The notes under the pieces were generated by a model that saw nothing but the letters and a program-made list of their open reading frames with translations, was not told the DNA's origin and searched no databases. DNA of 63,590 nucleotides, counting the filler, from Pelomyxa schiedti (lineage: Eukaryota > Protista > Evosea), in the NCBI GenBank assembly GCA_020536535.1. It is 12 parts of 12 records of this genome, joined end to end, with 100 filler letters (N's around TTAATTAATTAA, not from the genome) between each part and the next. Parts side by side here need not be neighbours in the genome. Positions count along the whole stretch, not along the records: positions 53,959 to 55,571 come from JAHLWZ010000699.1; positions 55,672 to 59,379 come from JAHLWZ010001702.1; positions 59,480 to 61,071 come from JAHLWZ010002403.1; positions 61,172 to 63,590 come from JAHLWZ010001997.1; 8 more parts are not named here. One strand, given 5' to 3'. Shown piece by piece: positions 55,051 to 63,590 of the stretch. Every line of letters starts with the position of its first letter. The stretch's first letter is position 1. The translations under genes and the position numbers were made by a program.

Positions 55051-57388
55051 AGCTTGTTTATGATTAGTATTCTCTTAATTAAGTTATATTTACGTGAGCC
55101 TGTTAGTACAGTTGTAGAAGAAGTTGTTGTGGAAGTACTTTCATCCACACAAGCATCATCACTAGAAGAGTCACTAATACTTTCAGGTATAATTACTGAT
55201 GCAACCTGTATCACATTAAGATTAAAACTGCAACATGAATTTTCTACTGTTTTGACTGAGTTTGAGGAACTACAAGATGTTGGAGAAGTGGTGTCTCCTA
55301 ATTTTTGTTATTTTCGGAAAATAGTAAATAACATTAATTTTGGTTATTTTCAAAACTAGTAGAAAATCGAAAATGCTCACAAAAATCATACTTTGTCATT
55401 GTATTATTATTAAATATTATAGTATAACAGTGAACCATTGCTTTCCCCTGCATTATCCTCCTCAGATGAACTGGGTGTGGAAAGAGAATCAAAGGATGAC
55501 TTTGGACAAACACTGATAGAATGTCTTGATGTACTTGAACGAAGATAATGGTTATGTTTTGGTGTTGTGTTNNNNNNNNNNNNNNNNNNNNNNNNNNNNN
55601 NNNNNNNNNNNNNNNTTAATTAATTAANNNNNNNNNNNNNNNNNNNNNNNNNNNNNNNNNNNNNNNNNNNNAATGAAAGGTGTGGCAAATTTGCTAAAGT
55701 GGCTTTCCACCAGAGCCTCGTCCCGTTCCTAATTCACCCAAACAACAAGAAAAAAAAAATTGATGTGAAGTGTATTGTTTGTTGGAATGAAGAGTTAGCC
55801 CCTCCGTGCTCCTCCCATAATCGAGGTACCCCGACCCTAGTCCCCTGAAGAAAAGTTGATCCAAAAAAAGTAGACAGAAAAAAAGAACTTCACTGAGACG
55901 ATGGACCCAAGCAGTCATCCACAGCAACCGGAGAAGAGAGGTTCGGTTCCCATGGTTCGCGGGACCGAACCTAAAAGGAGTAGTAAGAGCGCCGCACTCG
56001 GGAAAGTACCTCGGCCGATTTTTCCGTATGTCTCTCCCCCGACGCGATCTCGATTGCTCACTTCGTTTGTCCCTCCCAGAATTGAAAACGCCGCCTGCCC
56101 GACCGAGATCCCACAAGCTCCCCTCAGCCTCCCACGACTACCACTACGACGACCGCACCAGACGCCCCGAAGCCCGCAGACCAAGTCCAACCCACAATGA
56201 CGTTTTCCCCAGCCAGAACCGCTTCCAATGAGGAGGGAGGTGTGGCACTGAAGGGGGCCGATTCAGCTGAAAGGGGTAGCGATGCGGAGAGGGTCCCGAC
56301 GCCAGATGAAAATGAAGACATAGATCCTGCACGGTTCCCATCATATTTCTGTGACAGTGTCAACAAGGAGCCAAGATCACCTTTTCCCTTTTCCCCACTG
56401 AAGATCGTTCACCAGAATTACATTACAGCCCAAGATATGCCATGCACGGCGGGAAATCTCATGTTCTATCAGGTGGCTGTGCTTGTGCAGACAGATTCAG
56501 TAAGGCTCTTCAGGAGGACACCCTGGTGTGTGGAGAAGCCATTGGGGAGGAAGGGTCTCCTCCCTCTCCGCCAGACGCCAATGCGACGGAGCGTATCGCG
56601 CACACCAACTTCAGTACGTACTTACATTCCCAAGATTGTGAGTCGTTCGTGTACTCGTCGGACTTGGCCAACGGGATGGGGCGGAGGAAAATACGAAGTC
56701 CCGCGCGGGACTCACGAAGCGAAAAGAGCCGTCATATCCCTGTGGGTGGCTTATCGGGGACTTACTGCTGCAGCATCTGCGCCGCCGAGCGGTGGTGTTG
56801 GCCAGAGTGTTCAACGCATTTCGATTATTGTTGAACTGAGTTCTCCATATTCTCTAAAACCTGACCCCAAGAGCCTGTGGGTTTTCGCAGCAAGGACCGT
56901 GCATTGCATGGGTTAGCTCCAAAATGTGATGGTGGGCAGAAAGAAAATGCCATGCTTTGACATGATGTGCAGTTGTGATTGAAAACCACTATTCTCCAAG
57001 AGGTATTCAAAAATGTTACACACCCATAGTTTTTGTACTTTCCATAATGTGTATAAAAACACACTTCATGCCTTTCCCTCACATAAGTTCAGAGTCATCT
57101 GGAAATTTGGGTGAATATTTCTGAGGAAGATTTTATTTTGTAACATCTTTTCCATCACATGGATGCCCCACATCTACGTTTAGTTTAACCTGGGATTGGC
57201 TCAGGCTGCTGGTCTAACCAACTTGGTGGATGTTCCCTCGGTCGTGCAATCAATACTGGATGAGGGACTCTGGGTACTTTTTCTATCTCACACAGTTATA
57301 TTCTGATATCTAATGGACCAAACAACTTGTTCACAAAAATACACAACAATAAAAACAAAACCAACCCTCAAACCAACACAACAATCAC

Positions 57389-58368
57389 TTGGCTTCCTGC
57401 ACCCACTCACGAGCAGGGAAACTCAGTCCAGCTCACGTGCAAGAAGAAATTCACCATAGTGTTATGGAACTCAGCACCACCTTTTGCATAGTTGTGAGCC
57501 GCCAGAATACCCGGTTTACTCTGATTCTGTTTTGCCTGTTCGGATCTGCTGTGTCCCCGCTTATTACTGTCCAGTGTGCACATGAACCACAATACCACAT
57601 ATACTCAGTGCTGCGCAACTCCAAGATAGTCAGAATTATTGCTCCTGTTATGGAGGGATGCGATGAGGTTGACACCGGCTGGGATGCCTCTAGCAATTTC
57701 GAGACCAACGCCAAGTGGGGCATTGGATACAACCAAACCACAGGGAATATTTTCATTCGCAGAATGGGGAATGATGAATGGGTTCCACTCTCAAAGGTCC
57801 TTTCCTCTTTCTACGGCTCATGTTTTGCAACGAATTTGTTGATGATGGCGTTGTGGTCATTGCGCAAAACACTCCTAGCAGTGCCGTCATCATAGTCTGT
57901 GTGGACTTGGAAGCAACAATGACAGAGACATCAGTACGCACATCCTTCATAGACCACTTTGTCATACCTGCGGTCAGTTGCTTGGAATCAGTCATAACCC
58001 TCCAGCACCATGGAAACCACAAAACAATTGTGCTGCTCAAGCCATCCGCGAAGTCCCTGCTTGGCCAGGTCTATGAGGTCGTTGATGGGGCACTCAGATT
58101 ACTTGCAGAAGACATATTTTCCCTCACACAGTTGGACAAGTTCCAAATTTGTATTTCATCATAGCAGCATTACACGTTGTGGGATATCCGTAGTTGGGGG
58201 CAAAGTCCAGTTTCCATTGCAGAACATTGGAAGGGCACAGAAAATGTGAAGGATACAAGGCCACTCCGTAACATTCGTTGCAAGGGCAGCAAGAGGTTAC
58301 CTGTTCCATTGCACACCACAGAATTACTGTACTCGGTCCAGGGCTTTGTGTTCCAGCACTGGTGGTGA
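57389..58368 (+). pseudogene. Frameshifted or stop-disrupted member of the ARDQ-like family
   Basis: Family-like motifs ELSTTFCIV, NAKWG and CVDLEAT are split over overlapping frames (57389-57895, 57778-58164) with a stop at 58164. Confidence 0.5.
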
Positions 58369-58674
58369 ATTTTCCACAGAGCTGCCACGTCAATCAGATA
58401 GTATCATCCTCCAATTACACAATACAGTGGGAGATATGGAGGGGCACAGGGAGATGGGAGATTTATGTTTGTGTGCTTCCTGTTTTTTATAGGCTTCTCA
58501 GTATGTGAAGGCATGCTATTTGACAATATCAGAGAACAACCCAAGACCCCTCTTGAAATAACCAGTGAGAATGAAGGGACTACATCGAGTTTTGGTAAAG
58601 CCTTTTCTAGGTCAGTCTGAAGTTTTTTTCCCCATTCAAAAGCGGTGCTTTCTAACCCTTTCTAACCCTACAAA

Positions 58675-59205
58675 GAGGTGGATTTGGAAAACTTTATAGA
58701 GCATGTTTCTGGCCAGCAAATGGTCAACCACCTAAGGATGCTGCAGTGAAGGTAAGAACATACTCACGAGATCTATCACTATGTTATATTTACAGGCCAT
58801 TTTTTGTCCTGATCCTGATACAAACACCACATCCCCAACAAAAAAAAACAACATGCAGCATGTGCCATGATAACATACCAACATTTTTGATGCTATCCGT
58901 AACTCTATCACATGTTTATATTGTGATGTCATTGTGAGTAAACTTCCCACAGTAGCCTTATTTTCTTATATCCTCACAGCATCGACGGAATTACACTTGT
59001 AGCTATGGTTAAGCAATCCAGGTTACCAGAGATGATTGTGAGAAAGCTGGCCACTGAACTACTCAAATATTACTTTCGAACGTGCGTTTCCCGGGGTAGA
59101 ACACTTTAGTATGGATGCCCAGCAGCTCATCAGGGCCATGCTTCAGCCGGATCCTGACAAGAGAGCAAGCCTTGACGAAATAATTCAACATCGTTGGGTA
59201 CACCT
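58675..59205 (+). pseudogene. Protein-kinase remnants (subdomains I-II and XI; core missing)
   Basis: GGFGKLYRA...AAVK at ~58675-58751 and DAQQLIRAMLQPDPDKRASLDEIIQHRW at ~59100-59200. No HRD, DFG or APE between them. Confidence 0.55.
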
Positions 59206-59664
59206 CAGGCCTGCCAGAATATACTGAGACCATCCGGTGATCATTAATTTGGGAGACTTCTACTCTTCTGATCCTCATGAAAAACTTTCCCATTCTTAAA
59301 TAGAGGAGGTTTTTTGTTTTTCTATTTTAGCCTCTGTCAATGTGATTCTAGCATCGTGGGAAAGAGGATGGTTGCGGTANNNNNNNNNNNNNNNNNNNNN
59401 NNNNNNNNNNNNNNNNNNNNNNNTTAATTAATTAANNNNNNNNNNNNNNNNNNNNNNNNNNNNNNNNNNNNNNNNNNNNTCTACACAACCATCTGACGAT
59501 ATTCCTCGGTTGTGTCCAGGGGCCCCTCTAGGTTTGGTGCGGTCGTTGAAACACAGCGCAGTTCCGTAAAGACCACGTAGTTCGACGGTAAGACACCGTA
59601 CCGGAAAGCGGAAAAACAGGGTTCGATTTCCACCGGAAGCATTTTTTTTTTGGTGTCCATCGGG

Positions 59665-61071
59665 TCAATGACTTCGGGTGTTTTTTGGGGGGGCCATCAG
59701 CTGAGGAACTTGCCTTCCAAGGGGTGTTCTTCCCTTGCTCTTCCTTCTTGGAGGGTGAGTTGTAGACCTCAATGGGCTGGTTGTTGGGGTTGCACACTCC
59801 TTTGGGAATCTTCCAAATTGAGAGAATGAATACTCAGTAATTCTGTGGTATAACTGAGGTCTTGTGCCTCTGTCTGCAAGTTTAATTGAAGTTAAGAAGC
59901 TAGACATCAAGCTGCTTGTCAATCTTTGGGAAGTAGTAGAAATAAATCCAACTTGTGACAAAAAGAGTAACATGGTATCATCTGCTTGCTTTTTGGCTAA
60001 TTGTGTTTGTTTTTTGGTTTTTTCTTGTTCTAACCAAATAGCTTCTTCTACTATCAACAAAGGCACCACTTGAAAAGACTCCTCTGTGGGTAGACTCTTA
60101 CAAAGTAAATAACACCCTGTGGGTGTTGTTGTGGAGGGAACAAGTTCTGTGTCAAAATGAAACTGGAACTGAAAGTATGACTTCACTTGATCCACTTCAG
60201 AGACATACTTGTCAACAGTGTCAATTTGTTGTTGAGATAAAAAGAAGACTTCAGAATTTGGAAAAGACTTGATGGTATCTGCTACCAGTTGAGGGAAAAT
60301 ATCATGTTTTGCAATTGGATTGGCAGAGAGAGTGGCACGTAGCTTTTTTTTTAAGGCTCCAAAATGAGTATCACAAACAGAATGACCATGATGTGGAGCG
60401 AAGAAAAATAAACTTCCAGACAGCTGTAACTTCTTCCAAAATGTATAAAGAGTACCCATGTTTTGATTTGACTTCAAGCCTCCATCTTGCCATAAGAAAA
60501 GCTCAGTGAAACTTTGTTCTTGAATCCATGAAGTAAACTTGGTGTCATTAGACAAGTAATCCCAAACTGCTCGGGTGTATTTCCATTCATGTGAATAAGT
60601 GGCTAGAAAATCAAAATGCTTAATTTGCAAAGAAGGTTTGGTGGAGGGATTGACCCATGCAAAAGAAATGCAATAGGAATGCAGCTTTAAAGATTCTACC
60701 TCATGAAAGCAGGTGTAATCAGCAACAGCCAATAACTGATGACACTGCAAGTTGTCTCTCATATCATGATAAGCCTTAGTCAACACTGTGACTTGATTTT
60801 TGTGGTTGTTGATGGTTGTTTGTTCTGTGGGAGATAGATCTTTCCTTGTCTTTTCTGCCACACAGTAGGAGCACATATATTTATCAAAGTGTCCTCGCCT
60901 CAGAGACAAAGATTTAGCAAGGGATTTGAATTTTGTAAGGCCTAAATGTACATCAAAATGCTTTAAGTACTCCTTCCATGCTGCAGACCAGGTGGACCAG
61001 GGTAAATAATGAATAGATGTACCAGATTGCACAGGTGCATGATCAAGCAACCATGTCTTTGTTGCTTCAAC
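59665..61071 (-). mobile_element. DDD/E DNA transposase, Sola-like (5'-truncated, uninterrupted ORF)
   Basis: >460-aa intronless ORF with CSYC..H, VADY, LWQDGG.K and FFAPHHGHSVCDTHFG. Confidence 0.7.
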
Positions 61072-62347
61072 NNNNNNNNNNNNNNNNNNNNNNNNNNNNN
61101 NNNNNNNNNNNNNNNTTAATTAATTAANNNNNNNNNNNNNNNNNNNNNNNNNNNNNNNNNNNNNNNNNNNNCGAGCCCGTTGTGATTTTACCTCCACCTT
61201 CTCCACTTGGGTAGTGTTTTTTCACATTTTGAGACCACCCTTTGGGAACAGCTTGGAACCCACTCTGGGTGTGATTCGAAATCACAGTGTGAATTTCGAG
61301 TATCCGTTGGGTGCCGAAGAGCGGCTATTCCACATAGCGAAAACCCTCCCCTTTCTTTCATTTGATTAGGAATGCAGAGAAGCCGTGGACGCAGGCAGTA
61401 CCTTGAAGTTTGCGAGTGGGTAGGAATGATCCAGGATGACCACACAAGAGTCGATTCAACGCAATTGAAGGAAATCAATATCGAGTAGGCCAGTCATCAT
61501 AGACACTGGAAACGTAAATCAAAGCCGTTCAGCCAATAGTTGCTATGGCGCTGCAGCCGGGGAAGGGCAAAGAGAACATACCATTTTCATTTCTTAGAAT
61601 GCAATTTACTGCCTTCCTGTTTTGTGTGTTCCTGGACGGCTCATTGGAAGCTCCTATAGCTGGGGTGATCACCAGTGGCTCGTTTGGATTGCTTGGAAGG
61701 ATGTGTCATCCCAACGTGCATCCCTGCCCCGCAGGGTCTGCTTGGTCCGGCTTATTTTACAGGTATGCCCACATCGATCCTTGAAAGTTTACTAGCTGCC
61801 ACCCTTATGGTCACCCAAGCCACATTAGCCTCCTACTAGCCATCATCCATTTGCGGTATAGAATAGTTGGTTGTTTTGAACCCGAACTCCCAAGTCATAG
61901 GGATATCAGAGCACACTCTTGATCAGATATGAGTGGGGAATGGAAGAGAAGTGTGTTGCACAACGTACCTTTAACTCCTTGGTATTGACTGTGGAGAATG
62001 GTTTGGTTGGGTGGTACCCCGGAAAAGAAAGCACAGTAAAATGCACTGGCACACTATAGGTACCGACTTACTGTAATTTTATTATGATTGGTTATTCTTT
62101 TCCTCTTTAAATTCAAGACGCAATTGCAAAGTGGACGAAAAGTCAAAGTAGAGAAATCTGTCGGCCTCGTCAGGTTTGGCTGAGGATGCAGTGCGGACCA
62201 GTTTTGTAGAGTGGACCAGGTGCAGATCGCCACAAGTCAAATTACAACAGGCTGAAGATTTAAACAATTGAGACCAACAACAAGGCCAAGCAGCAGCGAA
62301 TAGAATACCCCATAATGCAGAACGCGCGCCCGCAACAGTTGTTGTTT

Positions 62348-62541
62348 AGCGGTCCAACCTTACGTGTTTGGGGAGTCCCGGAGAACACCGGGCCTGATGA
62401 AATCTTCTTGGTCCTAAAACCGAAACCAAGTCGGTAGGAGGCGGTTACTTACACGTTGAGGTTGTGGTTCTGTAGGGCCAAGAAGATTTCATCAGGCCCG
62501 GTGTTCTCCGGGACTCCCCAAACACTTAAGGTTGGGCCGCT
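62348..62541 (+). repeat. 69-bp inverted repeat with 56-nt spacer (long hairpin)
   Basis: Arms 62348-62416 and 62473-62541 have three mismatches, two of which are G-U compatible on the + strand. Confidence 0.92.
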
Positions 62542-63590
62542 CGTTACACTGACCCACGATGGCCGCTTCGAATATTCGTCAGCGACGAGGACACCAAGTT
62601 GGCGCGGGACACCGGTGTCCTCGACCTAGACGGAGCCTGGATCCGTCTTGTTGAGGTTGCTCCAGAGTATAAGAACGACGGATCTACTGTGTTCTTTTCG
62701 CTCACAAGGGCGCGCCGGGTTTTTGGTGTGCCACTGGAAACAGCTGTTTCTATGTTAAAGAATCATTTCAAACAGTGGTGCCCTGGAAGGCTGTATGTAA
62801 CAACTCTATTCAATTATAGGCCTAAATTGCATGCTTTTGAAAAAAATTTACTAATTACTTTGGTTGTTGATTGTAATTACTGTGAAGGAGTATTATACCC
62901 TATGGCCTCAACACATATATACACTTCAAGGAATCAGAAGTACCTCCTGTGGAAACGCGGCTTGGAAATCGAACCATTTACCGTCTCCCACCTGTGATAT
63001 ACATGACTGGACAGGTTGAATTGTACCCACCCCCAGCACCACCCCCACGGCAGTCCGTAATGCCGCTTCCACCATTGCCACAGGTTTAGTTTGATGTCCC
63101 TATTCCTGTGAACTAATCCAATTAGGAATCATTCCACTCAGACGAGGATATGGATAAGCACTCAACGTGCCCTCCGAGTTATTTCCCCTCGGAAGATAAT
63201 GGTGTCACTGAGAAAGTCAGGTGCATTATATTTCAACACAATACTACCCACTAAGAACTGAAAACAGCGATTCAGTACAACCACCAGCGAAACAACAGTC
63301 ACCACAGGCACCGCACCTCCCCCCACCTTTCCCGGTACCCTGGTCACCCTCCGAATCATTGCCAAGTGCCTCCACTGCAACAAGCTTCTCCTCTGCTGCA
63401 GTGAACAATATGGTAGCACAAGTACCTCCTGCTACTGTCAGTAATTCCCAGGTTTGGTTTTCTATTTCCCCCACCCCTTCTAATCAAGTTTAGGTAATGG
63501 AACCCCAGGCTGACTACAATATGGGGTCCCTGTCTGATTTCAAGGCTGCAGATAATGATGTCGCTGGAGAATTAAGGTATATTTCCTCAC

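Noticed and set aside
55672-56916. ORFs 56197-56916 and the Cys-rich 56442-56834
   Set aside because: No recognisable domain or consistent splice model.
61172-62000. Possible DIRS or retroelement fragments
   Set aside because: Only vague motif hints with stops in all frames, so not supportable.
62374-62436. Hammerhead-like words GTC, CTGATGA and GAAAC
   Set aside because: Stems I, II and III cannot be formed adjacent to the core in any topology tried.
62599-62997. 132-aa ORF next to the hairpin
   Set aside because: No ATG start in frame and no recognisable motif.

Overview
This is eukaryotic DNA and not one locus. It is 12 contigs or scaffolds joined by 11 artificial 100-nt linkers (N44-TTAATTAATTAA-N44), with five internal 100-N gaps. 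The genome is intron-dense (mostly ~40-65 nt GT-AG introns, weak donors, micro-exons) and uses the standard genetic code. The hugely expanded GC-rich SSU rRNA gene and the repeated intronless ARDQ-motif gene family suggest an archamoeba such as Pelomyxa; this is inference, no search was run. Manual splicing recovers U2 snRNA with a DUSE-like promoter, UBC9, two tandem Rab5-like GTPases with N-terminal MG..C and no C-terminal Cys, a third unprenylated Rab and an atypical Ras. It also recovers an EF-hand/kinase/KA1/GTPase fusion gene, Sel1, 3CxxC, PH-SMP and giant ankyrin genes, an LRR gene with one repeat per exon upstream of a LepB/PI4K-like kinase domain, a Ty3/gypsy integrase relic and a Sola-like transposase. 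The best novelty candidate is an intron-containing NRPS whose T-C-A module is preceded by a fungal-FAS-type starter acyltransferase. Also notable are a ~4.56 kb SSU rRNA gene and two strong hairpin-RNA candidates. All gene models and family assignments were made by eye.
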